64,000 nt of DNA from assembly GCA_049324415.1 (NCBI GenBank), contig JBMOOS010000012.1, positions 16,851 to 80,850 of the forward strand, in the 5' to 3' direction. The translations under genes and the position numbers were made by a program. The DNA is from Pseudomonadota bacterium (GTDB lineage: Bacteria; Pseudomonadota; Alphaproteobacteria; Sphingomonadales; CAKZYD01). The notes under the pieces were generated by a model. That model saw only the letters and a program-made list of their open reading frames with translations, was not told where the DNA came from and did no database searches. Below, piece by piece: positions 32,817-43,104 of the stretch (positions are counted from its first letter, which is position 1; each line of letters opens with the position of its first letter).

Positions 32817-32831
32817 GAACAAAACAGGTAC
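32817..32831. promoter_or_regulatory. second, imperfect LexA box GAAC-AAAACAG-GTAC
   Basis: One mismatch to GAAC-N7-GAAC, about 52 nt upstream of the recA ATG. Confidence 0.5.
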
Positions 32832-32882
32832 ATTTAGTCCGTTGCGCTGCTTGGCACGGCTATGTGATAAAGGAAGGGCGAG

Positions 32883-33956
32883 ATGGCGAACGCGGGTTTG
32901 AAACTGGTTGGAACGGATGTGATGGACAAGGGCCGCGCATTGGAAGCCGCGCTGGCGCAGATCGACAGGGCTTTTGGCAAGGGCTCGGTCATGAAGCTGG
33001 GCCAGCGGGGCGCGATGGTCGATATCGAGGCGATTTCCAGCGGTTCGCTGGGGCTCGATATCGCGCTCGGCGTCGGCGGCTTGCCCCGCGGGCGGATCAT
33101 CGAAATCTACGGCCCGGAAAGCTCGGGCAAGACCACCTTGGCCCTCCATGCCGTGGCCGAGGCCCAGCGCAAGGGCGGCATCGCGGCGTTCATCGACGCC
33201 GAGCATGCCCTCGATCCGGCCTATGCCAGGAAATTGGGGGTCAATGTCGACGAATTGCTCATTTCGCAGCCCGACACTGGCGAGCAGGCCTTGGAAATCG
33301 CCGACACGCTGGTGCGCTCCGGCGCCATCGACATCCTGGTCATCGACAGCGTGGCGGCGTTGACGCCGCGCGCCGAGCTGGAAGGCGAAATGGGCGACAG
33401 CCATGTCGGCCTGCAGGCGCGCCTCATGAGCCAGGCCTTGCGCAAGCTTACCGGCTCCATCTCGAAATCGCGCTGCATGGTCGTCTTCATCAATCAGATC
33501 CGCATGAAGATCGGCGTCATGTACGGCAATCCGGAAACCACCACCGGCGGCAACGCCTTGAAATTCTACGCCTCCGTGCGACTCGACATCCGCCGCGTCG
33601 GGCAGATCAAGGACCGCGACGAGATCATTGGCAACACCACCCGGGTCAAGGTGGTCAAGAACAAGGTGGCGCCGCCCTTCCGCACCGTCGAGTTCGACAT
33701 CATGTATGGCGAAGGCATTTCCAAGCGGGGCGAGCTCCTCGATCTGGGGGTGAAGGTGGGGGTCGTGGAAAAATCCGGCGCCTGGTATTCCTATGACAGC
33801 CAGCGTATTGGCCAGGGGCGGGAAAACGCCAAGGCTTTCCTGCGCGACAATCCTGATCTTGCGCAAGCGATCGAGGCCTCGGTGCGGGCCCATGCCGGAC
33901 TGGTGAGTGAAACCATGGTGGCGGGCGATGACGAGCCTGTCGATGCCGATGCGTGA
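32883..33956 (+). CDS. recA: recombinase RecA
   Basis: [20 protein letters not shown] Walker A, ...[37 protein letters not shown]. Confidence 0.98.
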   Translation: MANAGLKLVGTDVMDKGRALEAALAQIDRAFGKGSVMKLGQRGAMVDIEAISSGSLGLDIALGVGGLPRGRIIEIYGPESSGKTTLALHAVAEAQRKGGIAAFIDAEHALDPAYARKLGVNVDELLISQPDTGEQALEIADTLVRSGAIDILVIDSVAALTPRAELEGEMGDSHVGLQARLMSQALRKLTGSISKSRCMVVFINQIRMKIGVMYGNPETTTGGNALKFYASVRLDIRRVGQIKDRDEIIGNTTRVKVVKNKVAPPFRTVEFDIMYGEGISKRGELLDLGVKVGVVEKSGAWYSYDSQRIGQGRENAKAFLRDNPDLAQAIEASVRAHAGLVSETMVAGDDEPVDADA

Positions 33957-34314
33957 AGGGATTGAAACCCTAGCTGGGTGAAAGCTTTGCACGAATCCAG
34001 CGAATGGGGACTTAAAGACCGTTTTTTTGATTTTGCGCGCCCTGCCATGGGTCAACGCGCCTTCAGCGTCGCTGACATGGCCACATAGCGGCGGCCGGCG
34101 TGGGGTGCCGCACTGGGTTTTTATCGGGTTGCCGGATGCCGTTTCACGACTTGCCTTCGGCCATACAGCGTCATTGTTTGGCCTCTTGCCCTTTCCCAAC
34201 ACCATGACAGCCGGCATGGACAGCCGGCCTGCGCCCCGCTAAAACCGGGGCCGATTTCGCTTGCCCCACGGCGGGCAAGGGGGCGGTTATGGCCTTTCAA
34301 GGGAGTTGACGGCG

Positions 34315-36972
34315 GTGCCCAGCAGCAACGAGATACGCGCGCTTTTCCTCGATTTCTTCAAGCGGCACGGCCATGAGGTGGTGCCCTCGAGCCCCCTGGT
34401 GCCGCGCAACGACCCCAGCTTGATGTTCACCAACGCGGGCATGGTGCAGTTCAAGAATGTTTTCACTGGGGTGGAAAGCCGGCCTTACCAGACCGCGGTC
34501 AGCGCCCAGAAATGCGTGCGTGCCGGCGGCAAGCATAACGATCTCGATAACGTCGGCTATACCGCCCGGCACCATACGTTTTTCGAGATGCTGGGCAATT
34601 TTTCCTTTGGCGACTATTTCAAGGAGCGGGCCATCGACCTTGCTTGGCGCTTGGTGCATGGCGAAATGGGCCTTGAGCGCGACCGGCTATGGGTCACGGT
34701 CTACCATGATGACGATGAGGCCTTCGATTTGTGGCGTAAAATCGCTGGCCTGCCCCTTGAACGGGTGATCCGCATCGCGACCAAGGACAATTTTTGGGCG
34801 ATGGGCGATACCGGGCCGTGCGGGCCGTGCACGGAAATTTTCTATGACCACGGGCCGGACATTCCGGGCGGCCCCCCGGGCAGTGCCGATGCCGAGGGCG
34901 ATCGCTTCGTTGAAATCTGGAACCTGGTGTTCATGCAATATGAGCAGGTGACGCCCGATGAGCGTATCGCTCTCCCCAAGCCCTCGGTCGATACCGGCAT
35001 GGGGCTGGAGCGCATGGCGGCGGTTCTCCAGGGCACCCACGACAATTATGCAACCGACCAGATCCGCGCCCTCATCCTGGCCTCCGCCGAAGCCTCGCAG
35101 AGCGCGCCCGACGGCCCCCACAAGATCTCCCACCGGGTGATCGCCGATCACTTGCGCGCCGTCAGCTTTCTCGTCGCCGACGGGGTTTTTCCAGCCAATG
35201 ACGGGCGCGGCTATGTCCTGCGCCGGATCATGCGCCGGGCGATGCGGCACGCCCATCTCCTCGGCACCCGCGAGCCCCTCATGCATCGTCTGGTGCCAGC
35301 GCTCGCCGCGCAGATGGGTAAGGCTTATCCCGAGCTGGTGCGCGCCGAGGCGCTGATCAAGGAAACCCTTTATCACGAGGAAAGCCGCTTCCGGCAAACC
35401 CTGGAGCGGGGCTTGCGCCTGCTTGACGAGGAAGTGGCGAAACTGCCTGCAAAGGCGGCCTTGCCGGGCGAGATTGCCTTCAAGCTCTATGACACCTATG
35501 GCTTTCCCTATGATTTGACCGAGGATGCCTTGCGCGGCATGGGGCGTGTTGTCGAGCGCGCCGGTTTTGACGCGGCGATGGCGCGTCAGCGCGCCGAGGC
35601 CCGTGCCGCCTGGGCCGGTTCCGGCGAGCAAGCGACGGAGCGGCAATGGTTCGCGCTGCGCGACCGTGTTGGCCCCACGGAGTTTCTCGGCTATGGCGCC
35701 GATGAAGCGCAGGGCGAGATCATCGCCCTTTATGCCGATGGCCAGCCAATCGAGCAGGCAAGCCAAGGCGACACCGTTGAGATCGTCACCAACCAGACGC
35801 CATTTTACGGCGAATCCGGCGGCCAGATGGGGGACAAGGGCACGATCCGCGGCGAGAGTGGCGCGGCGCAAGTCGAGGACACGCGAAAGCCGCTGGGCCT
35901 TCATGTCCATGTGGCGCGGGTGATCGAGGGCACTTTTGCGGTTGGCGATGTCGTTACCCTCAGCGTCGACGGGGCGCGCCGCGACCGGCTGCGCGCCAAT
36001 CATTCCGCGACCCATCTTTTGCATGCCGCCTTGCGCCAGACGCTGGGCTCGCATGTGGCGCAAAAAGGCTCCCTGGTGGCGCCGGACAGGCTGCGCTTCG
36101 ATTTCGCCCATCCCAAGGCGATGACGGACCAGGAAATCGCCGCGGCCGAGGCCATGGTCAACGCCCAGATCCGCGGCAACGCCGAGGTGGTGACCCGGAT
36201 CATGACCCCGGACGAGGCGATCGCGGCGGGCGCCATCGCTCTTTTCGGCGAAAAATACGGCGATGAAGTGCGGGTGTTGTTCATGGGCGATGAGCAAGGC
36301 GCCGCGAACAAGGTTTTTTCCATCGAGTTTTGCGGGGGCACCCACGTCCGCCGGCTGGGCGACATCGCCTTGTTCAAGATCATGAGCGAAAGCGCCGTTT
36401 CCGCCGGCGTGCGCCGCATCGAGGCGGTGGTCGGCGAGGCCGCCCGGCAGGCCTATATCGCCCAGGAGAACGCCTTGCGGGAGGCGGCGGAAGCGCTCAA
36501 GGCCGCGCCCATGGAGGTGCCGGCGCGCATCGCCGCCCTCATGGAGGAGCGCAAGCAGCTGGCGCGCGCGCTTGCCGAGACGCGCAAGAAGCTCGCCGCG
36601 GGCGGGAGTTCCGCAAGCCGCGAGGCGATCGAGGAGGTGGGCGGCGTCGCCTTTTTGGGCCAGGTGCTTGACGGCGTCCCAGCCAAAGAGCTGCGGGGCT
36701 TGGTGGACGCCGCCAAGGCGCGCCTCAAAAGCGGCGTTGCCGTGATGGTGGCGGTGAACGACGGCAAGGCCGCCGTCGCAGTCGGCGTCACCGAGGATCT
36801 CACCGAACATTTGAGCGCCATTGAGTTGGTGCGGGTAGCCGCGCAATCGTTGGGCGGTGTTGGCGGCGGCGGCCGCCCCGACCTTGCGCAAGCCGGCGGC
36901 CCGGAGGGCGCCGCCGCTGCCAAGGCGCTGGATGCGGTGCGCGGCGCCTTAAGCGCGCGCGCGGTCGCGTGA
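34315..36972 (+). CDS. alaS: alanine--tRNA ligase
   Basis: [27 protein letters not shown]...[11 protein letters not shown] plus an HxxxH editing domain. GTG 34315 with a GGGAG RBS; the ORF-track extension was trimmed. Confidence 0.95.
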   Translation: MPSSNEIRALFLDFFKRHGHEVVPSSPLVPRNDPSLMFTNAGMVQFKNVFTGVESRPYQTAVSAQKCVRAGGKHNDLDNVGYTARHHTFFEMLGNFSFGDYFKERAIDLAWRLVHGEMGLERDRLWVTVYHDDDEAFDLWRKIAGLPLERVIRIATKDNFWAMGDTGPCGPCTEIFYDHGPDIPGGPPGSADAEGDRFVEIWNLVFMQYEQVTPDERIALPKPSVDTGMGLERMAAVLQGTHDNYATDQIRALILASAEASQSAPDGPHKISHRVIADHLRAVSFLVADGVFPANDGRGYVLRRIMRRAMRHAHLLGTREPLMHRLVPALAAQMGKAYPELVRAEALIKETLYHEESRFRQTLERGLRLLDEEVAKLPAKAALPGEIAFKLYDTYGFPYDLTEDALRGMGRVVERAGFDAAMARQRAEARAAWAGSGEQATERQWFALRDRVGPTEFLGYGADEAQGEIIALYADGQPIEQASQGDTVEIVTNQTPFYGESGGQMGDKGTIRGESGAAQVEDTRKPLGLHVHVARVIEGTFAVGDVVTLSVDGARRDRLRANHSATHLLHAALRQTLGSHVAQKGSLVAPDRLRFDFAHPKAMTDQEIAAAEAMVNAQIRGNAEVVTRIMTPDEAIAAGAIALFGEKYGDEVRVLFMGDEQGAANKVFSIEFCGGTHVRRLGDIALFKIMSESAVSAGVRRIEAVVGEAARQAYIAQENALREAAEALKAAPMEVPARIAALMEERKQLARALAETRKKLAAGGSSASREAIEEVGGVAFLGQVLDGVPAKELRGLVDAAKARLKSGVAVMVAVNDGKAAVAVGVTEDLTEHLSAIELVRVAAQSLGGVGGGGRPDLAQAGGPEGAAAAKALDAVRGALSARAVA

Positions 36973-37056
36973 AAGGCGAGGGGGTGGAGGACCCGCACAC
37001 CTTGCGCATCTCGCGCGCCATTCGCCCACTCAAGCTAGCCCGCGAGTGTCCCGGGT

Positions 37057-37103
37057 CGTTAAGTTCGCTCTATTTGGGAGCGCGCTCACACGCGAACTTA
37101 ACG
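37057..37103. other. nested palindrome CGTTAAGTTCGC-N23-GCGAACTTAACG enclosing GAGCGCGCTC
   Basis: 12-bp perfect arms between convergent alaS and icd. The inner 10-bp sequence is self-complementary. Confidence 0.6.
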
Positions 37104-37146
37104 ATTCATCGCCCAGCATGAAGATTGATTTTTAGCCGTCCTATTT

Positions 37147-38361
37147 TCAGCGCGCCATCGCCGCTTCCAGATTCTCGACGATCTTGTCGAAAAAGCCCTG
37201 CGTCGTCAGCCAGGGCTGATCGGGGCCGATGAGGAGGGCGAGGTCCTTGGTCATGTCGCCGGCTTCCACGGTTTCGACGCAGACCCGCTCCAAGGTCTCG
37301 GCAAAGCGCACCACTGCGGGCGTGCCGTCCACCTTGCCGCGGTGCTTGAGGCCGCCGGTCCAGGCATAGATCGAAGCGATGGGGTTGGTCGAGGTCGCCT
37401 CGCCCTTCTGATGCTGGCGGTAATGGCGGGTGACGGTGCCATGGGCCGCTTCCGCCTCCACCGTCTTGCCGTCGGGCGTCATCAGGATCGAGGTCATGAG
37501 CCCCAGCGAACCGAAGCCTTGCGCCACGGTGTCCGACTGCACGTCGCCATCGTAATTCTTGCAGGCCCAGACAAAGCCCCCCGACCATTTCAAGGCGGCG
37601 GCCACCATGTCGTCGATCAGGCGGTGTTCGTAGACGATTTTCCTGGCCGCGAAGGCGTCCCTGAACTCGGCGTCGAACACCTCCTGGAACAGGTCCTTGA
37701 AGCGACCGTCATAGGCCTTGAGGATGGTGTTCTTGGTGGAAAGATAGACCGGCCAGCCCAACTGCAGGCCGTAGTTGAAGGAGGCGCGGGCGAAGTCGCG
37801 GATCGAGGCGTCCAGATTGTACATCGCCATGGCAACGCCGCCGCCCGGAAAATCGAATACCTCGTGCTCGATCATCTGGCCATCCTCGCCCACCCATTTG
37901 ATCGACAATTTGCCCTTGCCCGGCACCTTGAAGTCAGTGGCGCGGTACTGGTCGCCAAAGGCGTGGCGGCCGATGACGATGGGCTGGGTCCAGCCGGGCA
38001 CCAGGCGCGGCACGTTGCGCATGATGATGGGGGCGCGGAACACCGTGCCGCCAAGGATGTTGCGGATGGTGCCGTTGGGCGACTTCCACATTTTCTTGAG
38101 GCCGAACTCCTCGACCCGGGCCTCGTCCGGCGTGATGGTGGCGCATTTGACGCCGACGCCATAATGCTTGATGGCGTTGGCGGCGTCGATCGTCACCTGA
38201 TCGTGGGTGGCGTCGCGATGGGCAATGCCAAGATCGTAATATTTAAGGTCGATATCGAGATAGGGAAGGATGAGCCGTTCGCGAATCCATTGCCAAATGA
38301 TGCGGGTCATTTCATCGCCGTCGAGCTCGACGACGGGGTTCGTCACCTTGATCTTCGCCAT
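37147..38361 (-). CDS. icd: NADP-dependent isocitrate dehydrogenase (eukaryote-like 404-aa type)
   Basis: [45 protein letters not shown]... Start trimmed to ATG 38361. Confidence 0.95.
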   Translation of the reverse strand: MAKIKVTNPVVELDGDEMTRIIWQWIRERLILPYLDIDLKYYDLGIAHRDATHDQVTIDAANAIKHYGVGVKCATITPDEARVEEFGLKKMWKSPNGTIRNILGGTVFRAPIIMRNVPRLVPGWTQPIVIGRHAFGDQYRATDFKVPGKGKLSIKWVGEDGQMIEHEVFDFPGGGVAMAMYNLDASIRDFARASFNYGLQLGWPVYLSTKNTILKAYDGRFKDLFQEVFDAEFRDAFAARKIVYEHRLIDDMVAAALKWSGGFVWACKNYDGDVQSDTVAQGFGSLGLMTSILMTPDGKTVEAEAAHGTVTRHYRQHQKGEATSTNPIASIYAWTGGLKHRGKVDGTPAVVRFAETLERVCVETVEAGDMTKDLALLIGPDQPWLTTQGFFDKIVENLEAAMAR

Positions 38362-38480
38362 GATATCCCTCTGTTGCGAGCACTTGGCCGGATGAGCGCA
38401 GCGCCGGCCTGTTTCGCGGCGGACCCTAGCACCGCCGAGGCGGGATGCAAAGAGCGGACGCGCGCGACTTTCGGATAATG

Positions 38481-39092
38481 TTAGATGATCCGCCCCAAGG
38501 CCTCGGCGCGGTGGTTGCCAAGGGCGGTCATCATGTCGTCGACGGTGGGCACCACTTCGAAAAGCCGCCGGTTGGCGGGGTCGGCGAAGCCATGGGCGAT
38601 GACGTGCTCGATAAGGTCGATGAAGGGCTGCCAATAGCCGTCATGGTCGAGGAGATAGATGGGCTTGGCGTGCAAGCGCAGTTGCGCCCAGGTGGCGATC
38701 TCGAAAGTCTCGTCCAGCGTGCCGGTGCCGCCGGGGAGAACGGCGAAGGCATCGGCGAGGGCGAACATGCGCGCCTTGCGCTGGTGCATGGTATCGACGA
38801 TTTCGAGCCGGGTCAGCCCCTCTTGGGCGACTTCCAATTCGTCGAGGAACTGCGGGATGACGCCGATCACTTCGCCGCCGGCGCCCAGCGCCGCCCGCGC
38901 CAGCACCCCCATCAGGCCGACGCTGCCGCCGCCGTAGACGATGCCGATTCCCGCCTTGGCGAGGCGCACGCCCAAGTCCTGCGCCATCTTGGCAAAGCCA
39001 GGCCCGCGCCCCTCGCGGGAGCCGCAGAAGACGCACACCCTTTTGTGGTCGATGGCTGCTTGCTTCATCTCGTTCAAGGATATAGGGCGCAT
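38481..39092 (-). CDS. LOG-family (TIGR00730-type) nucleotide phosphoribohydrolase
   Basis: VCVFCGS..., [12 protein letters not shown] and PGGTGTLDE motifs. Confidence 0.85.
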   Translation of the reverse strand: MRPISLNEMKQAAIDHKRVCVFCGSREGRGPGFAKMAQDLGVRLAKAGIGIVYGGGSVGLMGVLARAALGAGGEVIGVIPQFLDELEVAQEGLTRLEIVDTMHQRKARMFALADAFAVLPGGTGTLDETFEIATWAQLRLHAKPIYLLDHDGYWQPFIDLIEHVIAHGFADPANRRLFEVVPTVDDMMTALGNHRAEALGRII

Positions 39093-39173
39093 TGCCTTTT
39101 TTGTCTTCCCTTCATGGCTCGCTTATGGGTGCAAGGCATGACCAAATCATGACGAAGCCTTGGGGTCTTGGCT

Positions 39174-39698
39174 CTAAGCTTGAAGTTTCGCAGGCGCCGA
39201 CCCATCGACGGGAATGGTGCGCCCGCTGAGCGCGTCCAGCATCGGGGTGAGATGGAGGGCAAGCTGGGTCAAAAGGGTCATGAACTCCGACGGCTCGGGG
39301 TGATGGTCAAGGCAAGTCTCCTGGATCATCCACACTTTATTGGCCTTGTCGATCTTGAGGGTGGCGCGGATATCCTTGGCCGCGTCGCGCGCCAGCTCCA
39401 TGATCGAGCGGCGGTTCCATTCATTCTCCGCGGTGAAGGGCAGGTAGCCAAGACAGGTGGTAAGGCGCAGCACGATATGCCGGAGAACGTCTTCGCTGAG
39501 GCGGGCCTCGAACTCCATGCCGCGCAGGCGAAAGCGCGTGGTCACCGGCTTGTCGACCCGGTCCATCTCCACCAGCTGCAGCAGCCGCTGGCAGGCCGCG
39601 GCAAGGGTCATTTGCCGCGGCGCGCCGCCTTTTAAGGTCGCCTCTTGTTGAGAAGGCGCGCCGCCCGGTTCGCCGGTGCCGTCATGTGCTTTGTCCAT
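39174..39698 (-). CDS. hypothetical protein (no family recognised)
   Basis: 174-aa ORF from ATG 39698 with a GC3-rich frame. No motif I can assign. Confidence 0.5.
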   Translation of the reverse strand: MDKAHDGTGEPGGAPSQQEATLKGGAPRQMTLAAACQRLLQLVEMDRVDKPVTTRFRLRGMEFEARLSEDVLRHIVLRLTTCLGYLPFTAENEWNRRSIMELARDAAKDIRATLKIDKANKVWMIQETCLDHHPEPSEFMTLLTQLALHLTPMLDALSGRTIPVDGSAPAKLQA

Positions 39699-39774
39699 GT
39701 CCCCGCAACGCTCAAAAAATTGCCAACGCCCAGGCCCCATAATGCGCGATGTCTATTTAATAGGAGGTAAACCC

Positions 39775-39882
39775 ATGGTTGATCTGAGGCGCGGGAGACG
39801 ACGCGCGCTGGAGGCCAATGGGCGCTGGCGCAAGGCGGCGCAAGACGCTAAAAGACTGGCCAAGGGCAAGCCCCTACCTTAA
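39775..39882 (+). CDS. candidate 35-aa highly basic small ORF upstream of psd
   Basis: Consensus AGGAGG lies 7 nt before the ATG. Product MVDLRRGRRRALEANGRWRKAAQDAKRLAKGKPLP. Its TAA stop is embedded in the psd RBS (TAAGGAGA). Confidence 0.4.
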   Translation: MVDLRRGRRRALEANGRWRKAAQDAKRLAKGKPLP

Positions 39883-39897
39883 GGAGACGAGATAGCA

Positions 39898-40611
39898 ATG
39901 GATAGCCAGCAAACGGCCTTTTCCTGGTCGGATTTTTTCCCATCGCTCCACCCCGAGGGACGTAAATTCGTGATCGCCCTTGGCGTCGCCGCGCTCGTTT
40001 TCTTGGTTTTGGGCTGGGGCGTGCTGCTTGTCATCACCCTTATCCTGGCGCTCTTTTGCGCCTATTTCTTCCGCGACCCGGCGCGCGTCGTACCGCAGAC
40101 ACCCGATGTTCTCGTCAGCCCGGCGGACGGGCGGGTGCAGGCCATCGCCATGGTCCCGCCGCCGGCGGAACTGGAGATGGGGGACGCGCCCATGCTGCGG
40201 ATCAGCATTTTCCTGTCCGTCCTTGACGTTCACGTCAACCGGGTGCCCGCGGCGGGGTGCATCGAGAAGCGGGTCTATGTGCCCGGCGCCTTTCTCAACG
40301 CCCAGCTCGACAAGGCCAGCGACAAGAACGAGCGGCTGTTGCTACGCCTGCGCCTCGCGAACGGGCAGGCGGTCGGCTTTGTCCAGATCGCCGGCCTCAT
40401 CGCCCGGCGCATCGTCTGCCATGTCCATGAAGGCGACGAGGTGGAGGCAGGCGAGCGCTTCGGCATCATCCGCTTCGGCAGCCGCATGGACGTCTATCTT
40501 CCCGCCGGCATGGCGCCTGCGGTGGCGCTGGGCCAGCGCACCCTGGGCGGGGAGACCATCATCGCCGCGCCGGGCGACCCGGCAGACCGCGTGACGGGTG
40601 TCAGCCGTTGA
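39898..40611 (+). CDS. psd: phosphatidylserine decarboxylase proenzyme (short form)
   Basis: ...ERFGIIRFGSRMDVYLP self-cleavage GS site, with N-terminal TM helices. Confidence 0.9.
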   Translation: MDSQQTAFSWSDFFPSLHPEGRKFVIALGVAALVFLVLGWGVLLVITLILALFCAYFFRDPARVVPQTPDVLVSPADGRVQAIAMVPPPAELEMGDAPMLRISIFLSVLDVHVNRVPAAGCIEKRVYVPGAFLNAQLDKASDKNERLLLRLRLANGQAVGFVQIAGLIARRIVCHVHEGDEVEAGERFGIIRFGSRMDVYLPAGMAPAVALGQRTLGGETIIAAPGDPADRVTGVSR

Positions 40612-41408
40612 CAAAGCCGCCGCTCGAACATACCGAACACCGGCCATCCCGCCTGCGGACGCTGCCGTTGCGGGCACTGGCGCCCAACATGATCACCATG
40701 CTGGCGCTGACCGCGGGCTTGACCGGCATTAAATTTGCCATCGCCGGGCGGTGGGAGGCGGCGGTCTATGCCATCGTCATCGCCGCCATTTGCGACGGCA
40801 TGGACGGCACGGTGGCCCGCTTGCTGCGCGGCGCCACCCGCTTTGGCGCCGAGCTCGATTCGCTGTCCGACGTGGTGGCTTTCGGCATTGCGCCCGCGGT
40901 GGTCCTCTATATGTGGACGCTTCAGGACTTGGGCGGCGTCGGCTGGGTGGTGGCGCTCATCTACGCGGGCGGCTGCGCGCTGCGCCTGGCCCGCTTCAAC
41001 GCCAATCTGGATGGCGAGGAGGCGCCCTATCGCCTCGCCGGCTATCTCACTGGGGTCCCGGCGCCGGCCGGCGCCGGCCTTGCCTTGCTGCCGATGATCC
41101 TTTCCTTCTGGACCGCCAAGGACGATATGTTCACCCCTGCCTTGACCGCGGTCTACATGACCGGCATCGCCCTTCTCATGGTGTCGCGCCTGCCGACCTT
41201 TTCCATCAAGTCCTTTCGCGTGCGCCCGGCGATGCGGTTTCCGCTCATCCTGGCGGTGCCGCTTTTCGTCGCCCTGCTGACGGCGTTCCCGTGGAAGACC
41301 CTGACCGTGGTCGGCGCCGCCTATCTCTTGAGCCTGCCGTTCAGCCTGCGCAGCTATCGCCGCCATCGCGGGGGGAAGGCGAGCCCGTCTAAAATTGCGC
41401 GGCGATAA
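40608..41408 (+). CDS. pssA: CDP-diacylglycerol--serine O-phosphatidyltransferase
   Basis: CDP-alcohol phosphatidyltransferase motif DGMDGTVARLLRGATRFGAELDSLSD. TTG start overlapping the psd stop. Confidence 0.9.
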   Translation: MTKPPLEHTEHRPSRLRTLPLRALAPNMITMLALTAGLTGIKFAIAGRWEAAVYAIVIAAICDGMDGTVARLLRGATRFGAELDSLSDVVAFGIAPAVVLYMWTLQDLGGVGWVVALIYAGGCALRLARFNANLDGEEAPYRLAGYLTGVPAPAGAGLALLPMILSFWTAKDDMFTPALTAVYMTGIALLMVSRLPTFSIKSFRVRPAMRFPLILAVPLFVALLTAFPWKTLTVVGAAYLLSLPFSLRSYRRHRGGKASPSKIARR

Positions 41409-41424
41409 GCGTTGTTCGGCGCAT

Positions 41425-41970
41425 TTACTCCGCGGCCTTATGGGCGTGCCGGCGGCTTTTGCCGGACATCAGGCGGGCGCGGTTTTTTTCCAGATAATCG
41501 AGCGCGGCGCGCTGCACGGACAGGCCATATCCCAGGACGAACTCGCCCGCCGGGGTGAGCTCGCTGCGCGCCATCTCCTCAAGCGCCTGGATGCGGTCCC
41601 GGTGGTGATCGATGCGGTCGTCGATCAGTTCCGCGACCCGCTCCGGCGAGACCGCCTCGGCGAACAGCAAGGCGGCGAGGAATTCCGAGCGCTGGCGATC
41701 CGGGCCGGGATCGCGCTCCAAGGCGTGGGTGAGCTCCGCCCGGCCCTTGGGGGTGAGGGAATAGACTTTCTTGTCGGGCTTGCCGTCCTGCGATTCCTCG
41801 CGGCAGGTGACGAGCCCTTCCTCCATCAGACGGGCAAGGGCGGGATAGATGGAGCCATAGCTCGCTTCGCTGAAGAAGGAAAAAGCGCCATCGGCCACTA
41901 GCTTCTTGATTTCATAGCCGGTGGCATCGCCCAGAGCCAGGATGCCCAAACACAACGTCCTGACGTCCAT
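41425..41970 (-). CDS. PadR-family transcriptional regulator
   Basis: LGILALGDATGYEIKKLV...GSIYPALARLMEEGLV...KKVYSLTPKGRAEL winged-helix pattern. Confidence 0.88.
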   Translation of the reverse strand: MDVRTLCLGILALGDATGYEIKKLVADGAFSFFSEASYGSIYPALARLMEEGLVTCREESQDGKPDKKVYSLTPKGRAELTHALERDPGPDRQRSEFLAALLFAEAVSPERVAELIDDRIDHHRDRIQALEEMARSELTPAGEFVLGYGLSVQRAALDYLEKNRARLMSGKSRRHAHKAAE

Positions 41971-41992
41971 AGATCATCCTCGATTTTATAGT

Positions 41993-42020
41993 TATCGTTA
42001 TGATATATATCGATATGATA
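41993..42020. promoter_or_regulatory. tandem 13-bp direct repeat TATCGTTATGATA / TATCGATATGATA (candidate PadR operator)
   Basis: 12/13 identical with a 15-bp period, containing the palindrome ATATCGATAT. Lies 23-50 bp upstream of the PadR start. Confidence 0.45.
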
Positions 42021-42175
42021 TTGAATTTTCGCGGGCTTGGCAAGGGGCGCAAAGCCAGGCGCCGCCGCGCCGTGGACGGCGTTCGTTAAGCGACTCTTAA
42101 CCCTGTCGCGTCACAAATTATTTAGCTTTGACGGCGTGGCGCCATTCCTGGCGCCCCGCGCGGAGGGAATGGATC

Positions 42176-43036
42176 ATGCGGGGCAAAGTTTTTTTTCTTC
42201 CTCTTCTTATCGCCTTGCTGCAGGCGTGCGCAGGCCCCGAGGCCGTGATCCGCGCTGAGCCAGCCGAAGCGGCGCCGGGCGCGCTCATGGTCTCGGTCCA
42301 TGACTATCAGCGCTTGCAGCTGCGCCTTGCCAGCCTGGAAAGCGATGTGCGGGCCTTGCAAAGACGCGAGGCGCTGGCTGGCGGCGACAGCGGCGTCGCC
42401 ATCATGGCGCCGCCCGCCACGCCCGTAACGGATGGCGTCGGGACGGCCGCCGCGCAGGACTGGCAGGCGCTTGAGATGGAAGGCGAGAGCCGCGAAGACC
42501 TGTCCGCCGCCGATGCCGAGGCGGCAGCGCCTGGCGCGCCGGTGACGGGCGCGGCGACGGACGTGGCCAACCTTGCTCCGGCTTCCGCCGGGGCGGGGGT
42601 TATGGAAACAGGCGCCTCTGCGCTCCGGAGCGAACCAGGCGAGGACAATAAGGGAGCGCAAAGCGCGGAAAAGGCCATCGAATTTGGCGCCGCGGCGCAG
42701 GCCGATCCGGCGGCGTATCCTGCGCCCAGCGCAGCGCTGCCTGCCGCCGACATTGCCATCCACCTGGCCTCCTACCGCAAGGCGGAGGATGCACGCAAAG
42801 GCTGGCGCGCTTTGCTTGCCGCCAACCAGGACCTTTTGGCCGGCCTGCAGCCTGTGCTCGGCCTTCTCGACATGGGCGATTATGGCGGGCGCTATCTCAG
42901 GCTCAAGGCGGCCGGCTTTGCCGATGGCGATGCCGCCACCGCCGTTTGCACGGAATTGAAGCGCCGGGGCCACTATTGTGTTCTCAGCGACACGCAAGGC
43001 GAACCCTTGATGGCGCAGTCCAGCGCCCAGCCTTGA
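42176..43036 (+). CDS. SPOR-domain lipoprotein
   Basis: Lipobox LLQAC after MRGKVFFLPLLIA. C-terminal IHLASYRKAEDARKGWRAL...GGRYLRLKAAGFADGDAATAVCTELKRRG is SPOR-like. Confidence 0.75.
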   Translation: MRGKVFFLPLLIALLQACAGPEAVIRAEPAEAAPGALMVSVHDYQRLQLRLASLESDVRALQRREALAGGDSGVAIMAPPATPVTDGVGTAAAQDWQALEMEGESREDLSAADAEAAAPGAPVTGAATDVANLAPASAGAGVMETGASALRSEPGEDNKGAQSAEKAIEFGAAAQADPAAYPAPSAALPAADIAIHLASYRKAEDARKGWRALLAANQDLLAGLQPVLGLLDMGDYGGRYLRLKAAGFADGDAATAVCTELKRRGHYCVLSDTQGEPLMAQSSAQP

Positions 43037-43104
43037 GAACGAGGAACGGGAAAAGAACGCCTGAAAGTCGGGCTTGCTTTCGCCGGCAAAGTCGGAAAGT
43101 ATCT

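Noticed and set aside
32730-34217. 495-aa minus-strand ORF overlapping recA. Similar long antisense or off-frame ORFs occur at 34687-36891, 21909-23384, 44185-46035, 49917-51605, 13086-14474, 55820-57292 and 30966-32477.
   Set aside because: These are shadow ORFs typical of high-GC DNA. Each overlaps a gene with unmistakable family motifs, and their translations are Arg/Gly/Ala/Pro-rich with no recognisable domains.
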